Assembly: GCA_902510995.1 (NCBI GenBank)
Contig: CABXDL010000004.1
Span: 1,259 to 65,258 of the forward strand
DNA length: 64,000 nucleotides
Direction of reading: 5' to 3'
From: an uncultured Candidatus Actinomarina sp.
GTDB lineage: Bacteria > Actinomycetota > Acidimicrobiia > Actinomarinales > Actinomarinaceae
Both the position numbers and the translations under genes were made by a program. Shown in pieces: positions 1 through 8,380 of the stretch. How positions within the stretch are numbered: position 1 is the first letter of the stretch; each line of letters opens with the position of its first letter. The notes below the pieces were generated by a model. That model was given only the letters and a program-made list of their open reading frames with translations, ran no database searches and was not told the DNA's origin.

Positions 1-42
1 TACAAAAAAATCTGTCAGTAGATAAAAGTAATATTAAAAAAA

Positions 43-2628
43 ATGTGGATAGTGAATAAAGAAAGAATAAAAACGCTTTTAAGCTATAGGGTTTCTTTTA
101 ATAATGCCTTCAAATCATTTGCCTTTCTATCAATGTTTTATTTGTTCTTAGTTTCTTTTACCTCTTCTCTTATTTACGAATATAAAGTAGAAAATGTTCA
201 ATTAAAAAATGAGCTTTCTACTACAGGTAAAGAGCTAGCTTCAACCAAAAATGCTCATGCAAATGATTTACTTTTATTGATGAACGCCTCTAAAAAAATT
301 GAAAAATTGGAGTACAACTGGAGCGACATGAATCCAGACTATAGTCCACAAGTTTCAATATCTCCATGTGTTGGAAGAGTTCCTCTAATGGAATCTGTTA
401 CCTATACCATAGGGTATAAATTTTTTGAAAAGCCACGTAAGTTTAAAATTGTCTTCACGGATTCAGTAAGTGATTTAGAGATTGATTTGCTTGAGCAAAT
501 TATATCAGAAAATCCAGATCCAATAATTGGCGTTAATGCTGAAATACCTACTTCTGGATACACAACCGTAAAAGCCTATGCAGAAGGTATGCCTGGTAAA
601 AATATGATGAAAGCAGAAATTTATGCTCAAGATATCAATGGAAACTTTATGCAACTTTCATGTGAGTATGACCTTCATACAACAAATACAAATGTTGAAG
701 GAGATTATGAAAGAGACCACATCAGAACAGCTCATGTACAAGATAATTACTACACAGAGACCCTTACCTTTGAAGGAAAAATCTGGGAACAAGAATGGGA
801 TTCTCCTACGGAATGCTCCGAAGATGAGTGGATTATTAAAGATGTTGAATATGATAATGAATATTTAGATGAGGGAGAAGATCCACAATCTCCACTGGGG
901 TATTGTTTAACTGATCTTAATGAAATACCATATCTCGCTGAAAGTCTTACGAGTACATTTCGTTACCCACAGATCAATGAAAATCCTTCTATCAATTCAC
1001 TCTATAGATTTGATGATGATATTGAAAAGATAACATGCGCAGAAGAAATAAACATGCAGTTAAAAGATTACGCAGTAGTATCGGTATCTACTTTTCAAAA
1101 GGATTTAGGTTGGGACTGGCATTGGGGAAGCTCACTTAGTGGGGACTATAGATTGGTTGGTCTTAATAACCAAAGAGATCGCAATCTAGATAAAGATGAA
1201 GATAAAGAGTACCCTCACACTTTCAGGTATGGACCATATGCAACAAGTCCTGCTCTATTTAGTTATGAAGATAAAAATTTTGATGGATTTAATGACCATG
1301 TAGGGCATTACAACAACCCTCCAGAATCAGATTTTTACCTATTTGAATATGGATTACTAGAAAATAAACCTTTAAATTATATTTCATTTATTTTTCAAAT
1401 ATATACCTTTACAGGTGGAAATCACGGTATGTATGCATATGAAACATTCAATTTTGATTTAAATACTTGTAAAAGAATATTCCTAAAAGACATAATGTCC
1501 GATAAATTACTAAAAGAACAGGGGTTTGAGTTGTCTCCTCAGTCCGATTCTTTATGGTTAGATCTATTAAGCTCTCGTCTTGGTGCTATATGGAATGCTG
1601 ATGAAGATCGAAGTACTGGATGGGAAGATCAACAAGTTGACTGGACAAAGGGAGATTGGGATAAAAGTGGAAACTGGAATGATGCAAATTGTTGCAGTTA
1701 TAGGAATATAGCTGCTGTCTCTATAAATGATGATGGGTTAACTTTTTCCTTCCAACCCTACGCTGTAAACGGATGGGCTGCTGGCTGGCCTGAGATAACA
1801 ATAAGTTGGTTGAATTTATGGGATATCTTTACCTGGGGAAACTGGAATATAGTAGAAAATACTGTTTATGAAGATACAGTAATTTTGCAAGAATTTGTTT
1901 CGTATTTAGACGAAGGAACGCCAATACCAGTTGAAGAGTTTGATCTACATGACAAAATCATTGGCGCTACTTATTTTTATACTGATTCATGGTGGAGTTC
2001 AACTTCTAAAGACCCAGACTATCTCCAAGTAGAAGTTGTAAAACAGAAAAAAGGAACTGTCTATGGCTTAGAGGGTAAGTTCACAGAAAAAGATACAGCA
2101 ATAGTTAAACGTTTTGTTAAATTTGCAAACAATATTATTGGAGAGAATTATTTTAGTTTTAGCGATAACCCAGACGAGGTAACACTCCCAGTAGAATTTG
2201 ATAATTGTTTAGGTAGGAGGCCTTTCGGTGGTTTCTGGAGCCACGCAACTGAATGCTCGAGTTATATTGGTCTATACAATTTTGATGAAAACAGCATCTG
2301 GGTAGAAAGTGATTTATATGGAAAAGAAAGAGATCACGTTTTAATTCATGAACTAGGTCACTCAATTGGATTAAACCATACTTCATGTTTTGCTTCTGGA
2401 ACCTTGAGTTTAAAAAGTAACACAGACGACATACTTGCTTTCTCAGAGTTTGAAATTGCAGTAATAGATTTTATCTATTCTCCTATTGAGTTAGTAGGCA
2501 CTATTGAGAACGGTATGACGTATGATGATGTAGTTTCTTTACTAGGTATAGATCCAAATCCTATAACTGTCGGTACGGAGTTTTGTCCAGATGAAATCCC
2601 AACATATATCCCAGAGGAGGAAGAATGA
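43..2628 (+). CDS. membrane-anchored multidomain protein: N-terminal TM helix, DUF3298/RsiV-PdaC-like domain, C-terminal metzincin-type zinc metalloprotease domain
   Basis: 861-aa ORF. Hydrophobic helix FAFLSMFYLFLVSFTSSLIY lies near the N-terminus. FTGGNHGMYAYETFNFDL..IFLKDI and FQPYAVNGWAAGWPEITISW resemble the DUF3298 signature. HELGHSIGLNH (nt 2347-2379) matches HExxHxxGxxH. Confidence 0.75.
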   Translation: MWIVNKERIKTLLSYRVSFNNAFKSFAFLSMFYLFLVSFTSSLIYEYKVENVQLKNELSTTGKELASTKNAHANDLLLLMNASKKIEKLEYNWSDMNPDYSPQVSISPCVGRVPLMESVTYTIGYKFFEKPRKFKIVFTDSVSDLEIDLLEQIISENPDPIIGVNAEIPTSGYTTVKAYAEGMPGKNMMKAEIYAQDINGNFMQLSCEYDLHTTNTNVEGDYERDHIRTAHVQDNYYTETLTFEGKIWEQEWDSPTECSEDEWIIKDVEYDNEYLDEGEDPQSPLGYCLTDLNEIPYLAESLTSTFRYPQINENPSINSLYRFDDDIEKITCAEEINMQLKDYAVVSVSTFQKDLGWDWHWGSSLSGDYRLVGLNNQRDRNLDKDEDKEYPHTFRYGPYATSPALFSYEDKNFDGFNDHVGHYNNPPESDFYLFEYGLLENKPLNYISFIFQIYTFTGGNHGMYAYETFNFDLNTCKRIFLKDIMSDKLLKEQGFELSPQSDSLWLDLLSSRLGAIWNADEDRSTGWEDQQVDWTKGDWDKSGNWNDANCCSYRNIAAVSINDDGLTFSFQPYAVNGWAAGWPEITISWLNLWDIFTWGNWNIVENTVYEDTVILQEFVSYLDEGTPIPVEEFDLHDKIIGATYFYTDSWWSSTSKDPDYLQVEVVKQKKGTVYGLEGKFTEKDTAIVKRFVKFANNIIGENYFSFSDNPDEVTLPVEFDNCLGRRPFGGFWSHATECSSYIGLYNFDENSIWVESDLYGKERDHVLIHELGHSIGLNHTSCFASGTLSLKSNTDDILAFSEFEIAVIDFIYSPIELVGTIENGMTYDDVVSLLGIDPNPITVGTEFCPDEIPTYIPEEEE

Positions 2629-3239
2629 AAAAATTTATTAAAAGTCACCAAGTTAAAATTATTAATGTTGCCTTTCTTATAGGAGGTATCTTCATAGGCA
2701 GTTTCGGATATGATGCCTACTGGGAATATAAGTTCACATCCTTAGAAAATGAAGAGTACACCTTTATAGATTCTGAAGAAAATGAATATATGTTAAGAAG
2801 GATAGAACCTTCAGATTGTGATTCTTCCAGTAATTTTATAGATCAAGCAAATAAGATTTATTCTTGCAACAACCTATTTGATACTTACTACTCCGAAGGT
2901 TGGAAAAGCGGTGGAAATGATTGCTCAAATGAGTCTATTACTTTCTACTTTGATAAAACTTACTACATAGAATTTATGACTGTCCAAAACTTCATCGATA
3001 CTTCTGAATTTAACAGTATGGATAAAATTAACGACTTTAGCCTCAGTTTTCCATATGGAGAAAATGAAAGTGTTCAAGAAACTCACTACCTTGTAAATGA
3101 TAATTTCGAACAATGGAAAGATATAAACAAAGTAGTAGATGAGATCACTTTTGAAATTATTTCATACTATGACACTCCTGGAACAAACATATGTGGATTG
3201 CAGGAGATAACATTTTTCGGAAAAGATGTAGATGAGTGA
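2625..3239 (+). CDS. membrane-anchored protein with tentative C-terminal discoidin/galactose-binding-like domain
   Basis: 204-aa ORF whose ATG overlaps the upstream stop (ATGA), with GAGGAGG 6-12 nt upstream. N-terminal TM helix VAFLIGGIFIGSFGY. The C-terminal pattern GW.SGG...ITFYFDK.YYIEF..VQN ... ICGLQEITFFG is reminiscent of F5/8 type C domains. Confidence 0.6.
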   Translation: MKKFIKSHQVKIINVAFLIGGIFIGSFGYDAYWEYKFTSLENEEYTFIDSEENEYMLRRIEPSDCDSSSNFIDQANKIYSCNNLFDTYYSEGWKSGGNDCSNESITFYFDKTYYIEFMTVQNFIDTSEFNSMDKINDFSLSFPYGENESVQETHYLVNDNFEQWKDINKVVDEITFEIISYYDTPGTNICGLQEITFFGKDVDE

Positions 3240-3393
3240 TTTAAACACAAAAAAATCTAAGATCTCTTAATATACTACCCTTTCTACTATTGAGCATTTT
3301 AGATTATTTCTGAATAATAAAGACCTTGTAAACGATAAAGAAGTCTGTTTTTTCTGTCTTAAGTCAATAAATGAAGTTAAAAGATTAAAAGGT

Positions 3394-3666
3394 TTGGATT
3401 TTGGATTTGTTGAATATTTTGATTATGACTTTAAATTTCTAGCCCAGCTTGCTGACAGTATGGGGCATGAGTACTCAGAAGATGATTTTATTCCTAGAAT
3501 TATCTTGTCTTGTGCTGAATGTAAAGAATTAATTAATGATCCAGATCGTCTTTTTTACTTAGATGAGGTAGAAAAAGAAGAAGAACAATCAAAGAGCAAC
3601 TGGGGTGTCTGGTTAGGTTTAATCTATTTGTTTTACTTTGCTCGAGCTATGGTGACCAGTCTTTAA
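3394..3666 (+). CDS. small hypothetical protein, Cys-pair (CAEC) plus C-terminal TM helix; true start may lie upstream
   Basis: 90-aa ORF from TTG. The frame is open back to 3271 and encodes a second CxxC (CFFC, nt 3346-3357). C-terminal hydrophobic tail WGVWLGLIYLFYFARAMV. A weak hairpin follows. Confidence 0.45.
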   Translation: MDFGFVEYFDYDFKFLAQLADSMGHEYSEDDFIPRIILSCAECKELINDPDRLFYLDEVEKEEEQSKSNWGVWLGLIYLFYFARAMVTSL

Positions 3667-3674
3667 AATGAAAA

Positions 3675-3700
3675 AACCCTGTAACCAAAAGGGCTTTTTC
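3675..3700 (+). terminator. weak candidate intrinsic terminator
   Basis: aaaaaCCCT gtaaccaaa AGGGcttttt: a 4-bp GC core, A/T extension and a short T-run just after the stop at 3666. Confidence 0.3.
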
Positions 3701-3835
3701 TAGTCTAAATTATGTAGCCAAAAAAGATAGTTGTATCTTTTAAAACTCAATCATCATAATTTGAAAATACTTTGTATGAATTATTGAGCTCAGGTTTACA
3801 TAAAAACAAATATGTAATGAAGGAGCTAATAATTT

Positions 3836-4060
3836 ATGTATGACGAATTGCTAAGTATAGAATTAAAAAAATCTCCAATGTGGGAAATCAATAATCCCAG
3901 AGTCAATATTTTAACAAGAGATTTACTAGCTTTTGTATTCGAGTCATCTAGCTTCAATAAAGAACAAATGGAGGAGGTTTTCTATATCTTATTATCTTTA
4001 ATAAGAATATATGGAGATCCAAGATTTGGTCATGAAAGAATGGAGGAGATAAATGAATGA
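3836..4060 (+). CDS. hypothetical small protein (74 aa)
   Basis: ATG preceded by AAGGAG 8 nt upstream. Its 3' end overlaps the next small ORF by 8 nt (ATGAATGA). I recognised no motif. Confidence 0.55.
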   Translation: MYDELLSIELKKSPMWEINNPRVNILTRDLLAFVFESSSFNKEQMEEVFYILLSLIRIYGDPRFGHERMEEINE

Positions 4061-4223
4061 ACTAGTAGAGGTTACGGAAGTAACTTTATTAAAAGAGTTA
4101 CTAACTAGAAAAACAGAGAATGGTCATTACTTATTTAAAGAAGCATCCATAACTAATAAAGATGGCAAGGTTCAGCTCTTAGGCATAATTGCTAATGTTG
4201 AGATGACGTTGTCTGTTAAATAA
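4053..4223 (+). CDS. hypothetical small protein (56 aa), not in the supplied ORF track
   Basis: Hand translation gives MNELVEVTEVTLLKELLTRKTENGHYLFKEASITNKDGKVQLLGIIANVEMTLSVK. GGAGGAG lies 4-10 nt upstream of the ATG. The stop TAA shares one base with the next ATG (TAATG). Confidence 0.45.
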   Translation: MNELVEVTEVTLLKELLTRKTENGHYLFKEASITNKDGKVQLLGIIANVEMTLSVK

Positions 4224-4567
4224 TGATTATTGTTCTAACAGTATTGTGTCTTTTTCTTATTTGGGCACTAACTAAGTCACATTTAAAAGTACACAGGCTT
4301 AATAAAACTCTAAAGATTTTCTGGAGTGATTTGAGGCACAAGAGAGTTGATTGGACTAGTACTATTTGCAACCAATGCAAACAACGCGATCTTAGTTACA
4401 ACGGCTTTGAAGAGTATCTAGAGGTTGAAGTTTGTTGGCGATGTAAAAAGAAAAAATCTTCTCACGATACAGGCAGATTTCCAACGTGTCTGGATTGTTT
4501 TGGATATCAGTATGGCCTTGAAGGTATTGAGTTCTTGGAAGAACAAGGGTTCAGTGTTATTGAGTGA
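4223..4567 (+). CDS. membrane-anchored zinc-ribbon-like protein (three CxxC pairs)
   Basis: 114 aa. N-terminal TM helix IIVLTVLCLFLIWAL, then CNQC, CWRC and CLDC pairs. Confidence 0.6.
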   Translation: MIIVLTVLCLFLIWALTKSHLKVHRLNKTLKIFWSDLRHKRVDWTSTICNQCKQRDLSYNGFEEYLEVEVCWRCKKKKSSHDTGRFPTCLDCFGYQYGLEGIEFLEEQGFSVIE

Positions 4568-4636
4568 TAATTGAAATAAATTAATGTATTGCTTGGAAAT
4601 ACCATTTCTTATGGAATTAAGCAGTATCTTTAAAGT

Positions 4637-6091
4637 ATGAATGGAAATAAAATACCAATCATATCAACTACTAAGCTTGAAAAAGTTAAAAATTGTAATG
4701 CCTCAAACGCTAAACCAGAGCCTCGAGTTAACTCAGGAACATTAACAAGGTGGGGTATTCTCAATGACGCAATAGGCGATTGGTTGAATAATGATGCCCC
4801 TGAAGAAACTGCAATAAAAAAAGCAGAGAGTGAACACTTTGGAAGCTTTGATGACCTTCAAAAGAGAATATTATCAGATATGTTTAGTGACTTCAGAGTT
4901 CTTTATCCCAAGAGGAAAGCAGAAATTGATATAGACTTTCCAAGCAAAACAGTATTTAAGGAGATTAACGGTGAAGAACATGGCATGTCTGCTTATTTTC
5001 AGTATCAAGTTAGTGATAAAAATACAATTGAAAATATAAAACTAAAAATTGGAAGGCCAGATATTAATGAAATTGATAGAGCAATCTATTCAGCTGATAA
5101 ATTAGAAAATGAAACCTTTTATGCAGGAGCAGTTGCTAATACAGAATTAATTGAGATTGAGGATATAGAAAATCATCAAACTATTATTGATGATTATTTT
5201 GATATCTATGAAGATTTTTTAGAGAATCCAAACAAAACAACTCCTGGGTCACACTGTTTAAGTAAATGTGGTCGACCTGCTGTATGTGGTGAGTTCCCTG
5301 TAATAGGAGATGAAAAAATCAACACACGCTATCGCGGGATAACTGTATCCAAAACTAACATCAGAGATGTCGAGAAGTGTGAAAGAAAAGCATCTTGGAA
5401 TTTCCAGTATTCAATACCAAGAGATAAAGAAGACTCTTTCAGTGGTGATTTTGGAATAACATTTCATAATGTCGCTCAAACAATGCTTGTGAATAATAAC
5501 AATCGAAATGATGAAGGTGAAAAAGAGCGATTGGCATCATTAATTGAGAATGAAGATGACGATACACAAAAAAAGATATTTAAAAAATACGAAGAATTAT
5601 TAGAAAAATTAAAAGGGTATGAGAATTTAGATATTACGTTATCTGAATATCCAGTAGGTTTTACGCCTATAACAGAAGGTCTAATTGCAAATAAAGACTT
5701 AACTGTTAAAGAAGGAAGGGTTGCAACCTCATTTATAGGTAAAGCAGATCTCCTAGGGCGCTTAGATGGTGTACCAATTGTTATTGAATTAAAAACCGGT
5801 AAAAAACACCCAGGAGATTTAACAGAGGCTGAGCTTTATGCTTTAGGTGTATCGAAACGCTTAAAAGCAAAAGAAGTTATTGTTTTACATATTTATGTAA
5901 ATGAAGATAAAGATGAAGCCAATGAACGTAGATTTGGAGAAGATGAGTTCATTTCTATAGAAAAGAAGTTTGAATCCTTTGCTGAAAAAATAGCTTCTTG
6001 GAATCCAAATGATGCTTTATCTCCAAGCTACGAAGTAGGAGATTGGTGTAATTATTGCGAATTTCAAGAAACATGTGCTGAATTTAGATAA
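4637..6091 (+). CDS. PD-(D/E)XK nuclease of the Cas4/AddB (RecB-like) type with Fe-S cysteine clusters; apparent tandem module
   Basis: 484 aa. GKAD371LLG and IVIE384LK386TGKK are typical D...ExK motifs. The C-terminal C471-x2-C474-x5-C480 plus C248 form the Cas4/AddB 4-Cys pattern. A second set is C20 plus C207-x3-C211-x5-C217. Confidence 0.8.
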   Translation: MNGNKIPIISTTKLEKVKNCNASNAKPEPRVNSGTLTRWGILNDAIGDWLNNDAPEETAIKKAESEHFGSFDDLQKRILSDMFSDFRVLYPKRKAEIDIDFPSKTVFKEINGEEHGMSAYFQYQVSDKNTIENIKLKIGRPDINEIDRAIYSADKLENETFYAGAVANTELIEIEDIENHQTIIDDYFDIYEDFLENPNKTTPGSHCLSKCGRPAVCGEFPVIGDEKINTRYRGITVSKTNIRDVEKCERKASWNFQYSIPRDKEDSFSGDFGITFHNVAQTMLVNNNNRNDEGEKERLASLIENEDDDTQKKIFKKYEELLEKLKGYENLDITLSEYPVGFTPITEGLIANKDLTVKEGRVATSFIGKADLLGRLDGVPIVIELKTGKKHPGDLTEAELYALGVSKRLKAKEVIVLHIYVNEDKDEANERRFGEDEFISIEKKFESFAEKIASWNPNDALSPSYEVGDWCNYCEFQETCAEFR

Positions 6092-6130
6092 GGTTATCTT
6101 TACAGTTTTTTTCTTAATATAATTATCTTG

Positions 6131-8380
6131 ATGGACTTATCAAGAACACCAATAGAGCTTGTTGAATCAGTATATAAATCATTAACTGAGAATATTGCAA
6201 CGCTAAGAGAGAGAAAAGGAACTCCCTTAACTCTTGCAGAAAAAATTTTGTTTGGCCATGCTAAAGATCCTTCATCAATTTCATTAGAGAAGGGTGAAGA
6301 TTATGGAGATTTTGCACCTGATAGAGTAGCGATGCAAGACGCAACAGCTCAGATGGCACTTTTACAATTCATGCAGGCTGGAATGGAAAAAACAGCTGTA
6401 CCATCAACTGTTCACTGTGATCACCTTATTCAAGCATATGAAGGTGCTACTAGTGATCTAGAGGTTGCAAATAAAACACATAAGGAAGTTTTTGATTTCT
6501 TACGTTCAGCATCACAAAAATATGGCATAGGTTTTTGGGGACCAGGAGCTGGAATCATACATCAAGTTGTTCTAGAACAGTATGCATTCCCAGGTGGAAT
6601 GATGATTGGTACTGATAGCCATACACCTAATGCTGGAGGTCTTGGAATGGTAGCCATTGGTGTTGGGGGAGCTGATGCAGTAGATGTTATGGCCGGAATG
6701 CCATTTAATACAAAAATTCCAAAATTAATTGGTGTAAAACTTACTGGATCCTTAAGTGGATGGACGTCTCCTAAAGATATAATTCTTAAAGTAGCTGAAA
6801 TTTTAACTGTTAAGGGTGGAACGAATGCAATAGTTGAATATTTCGGTGAAGGAACTACTTCAATTTCAACTACAGGTAAAGCAACTATTACTAATATGGG
6901 CGCAGAAATAGGAGCAACATGCTCAATTTTTCCATTTGATAGTAAAGGACAAGATTATTTAGTTTCAACTGGAAGGTCAGATATTGCAGAGCTTGCAGAA
7001 ACAAGAATGGATTTATTAACTGCAGACCAAGAAGTGTTAGATGAGCCAGAAAAGTATTTCGACCAGGTTATAGAGATAGATTTAGATACTTTAGAACCAC
7101 ATATTGTAGGTCCTCACACACCAGATTTAGCTAGATCAATTACAGATTTGAAAGAAGATGTTGAAGAAAATGAGTATCCAATAAAAATTTCAAGCGCACT
7201 AATTGGTTCATGTACAAACTCTTCTTATGAAGATATTGGTAGAGCAGCCTTTATCGCACGAGAAGCTGCAAAGCATGGTCTTAAAGCAAAAGTTCCATTG
7301 ATGGTCACTCCAGGTTCAGAACAAACAAGAGCAACTATTGAAAGAGATGGTTATTTGAAAGACCTAGAGGATATTGGGGCAACAGTATTAGCAAATGCCT
7401 GTGGTCCATGTATTGGTCAATGGAAAAGAGATGATATTAAAGAAGGAGAGAGTAACTCAATTGTTTCCTCATTTAATAGGAACTTTCCTGCACGTAATGA
7501 TGGGAATGCAGAGACGCTTTCCTTTATTGGGTCTCCAGAAACAGTCATAGGACTAGCACTAGGTGGAAGATTAGATTTTAACTTTTTAAGCGATACATTA
7601 ACTGATAAAAATGGAAATGAAATCTCATTAAGCCCACCGGTTGCTGATGAGTTACCTGATGCTGGATTTGAAACAACTCTTGAAGGATTTATTCAACCAG
7701 AAGAAGGTGAAGTAGAGGTAGTAATCGACCCTGAATCAAATAGATTACAAGCACTAGTTCCTTTCACTCCTTTTGAAAGTGATAATTACCATTCAATGAC
7801 AGTATTAATGAAAGCAAATGGGAAATGTACAACTGACCACATTTCTCCTGCAGGAAAATGGTTGCAGTACAGAGGTCATTTAGAAAATATTTCACAAAAC
7901 TTATTTATCGGTGTTAACAATGCATTTACTGAAAATGCCGGAGAAGGTATAAATCAATTAGATAATTCAGTTATGTCTTTACCAGACATTGCAAAATCAT
8001 ATCATGAAGAAGGACTCAACTGGATAGCAGTTGGAGATGAGAATTATGGCGAAGGGTCTTCAAGAGAACATGCAGCAATGGAGCCAAGATTTAGAGGGTG
8101 TAAGGTTGTTTTAGTAAAAAGCTTTGCACGAATTCATGAAGCAAATCTTAAAAAGCAAGGTATTCTTCCACTGACTTTTGAAAACAAAGAAGACTACGAC
8201 TTGATTGATCAAGAAGATAAAATAACAATTAAAAATTTAGAGGAAATTGCACCTGACGTACCAGTTGTTATATCAATAGAGAAAACTGGTGGAGAGACAA
8301 AAGATATAAAAGCTAATCACTCTCTTTCAGATGAACAAATAGAGTGGTTTAAAGCTGGTTCTGCCTTAAATTCTATATAA
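6131..8380 (+). CDS. acn: aconitate hydratase, short mitochondrial-type (~750 aa)
   Basis: [11 protein letters not shown]...[22 protein letters not shown]...[19 protein letters not shown] and [10 protein letters not shown]. The ORF track starts at TTG 6128; ATG 6131 is more likely. Confidence 0.95.
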   Translation: MDLSRTPIELVESVYKSLTENIATLRERKGTPLTLAEKILFGHAKDPSSISLEKGEDYGDFAPDRVAMQDATAQMALLQFMQAGMEKTAVPSTVHCDHLIQAYEGATSDLEVANKTHKEVFDFLRSASQKYGIGFWGPGAGIIHQVVLEQYAFPGGMMIGTDSHTPNAGGLGMVAIGVGGADAVDVMAGMPFNTKIPKLIGVKLTGSLSGWTSPKDIILKVAEILTVKGGTNAIVEYFGEGTTSISTTGKATITNMGAEIGATCSIFPFDSKGQDYLVSTGRSDIAELAETRMDLLTADQEVLDEPEKYFDQVIEIDLDTLEPHIVGPHTPDLARSITDLKEDVEENEYPIKISSALIGSCTNSSYEDIGRAAFIAREAAKHGLKAKVPLMVTPGSEQTRATIERDGYLKDLEDIGATVLANACGPCIGQWKRDDIKEGESNSIVSSFNRNFPARNDGNAETLSFIGSPETVIGLALGGRLDFNFLSDTLTDKNGNEISLSPPVADELPDAGFETTLEGFIQPEEGEVEVVIDPESNRLQALVPFTPFESDNYHSMTVLMKANGKCTTDHISPAGKWLQYRGHLENISQNLFIGVNNAFTENAGEGINQLDNSVMSLPDIAKSYHEEGLNWIAVGDENYGEGSSREHAAMEPRFRGCKVVLVKSFARIHEANLKKQGILPLTFENKEDYDLIDQEDKITIKNLEEIAPDVPVVISIEKTGGETKDIKANHSLSDEQIEWFKAGSALNSI

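Noticed and set aside
1090-1860. Trp-rich segments (GWDWHWG, GWEDQQVDWTKGDWDKSGNWND, WLNLWDIFTWGNWN) as tandem repeats or a diversity-generating-retroelement target
   Set aside because: There is no nucleotide-level repeat, no template repeat and no reverse transcriptase in the window. It looks like compositional bias within a beta-rich extracellular domain.
4590-4623. Imperfect hairpin TGCTT..CCAT ttctt ATGG..AAGCA between the small-gene cassette and the nuclease gene
   Set aside because: It has an internal loop, little GC content and no following U-tract, so I cannot support a terminator or riboswitch call. It may be incidental in AT-rich DNA.
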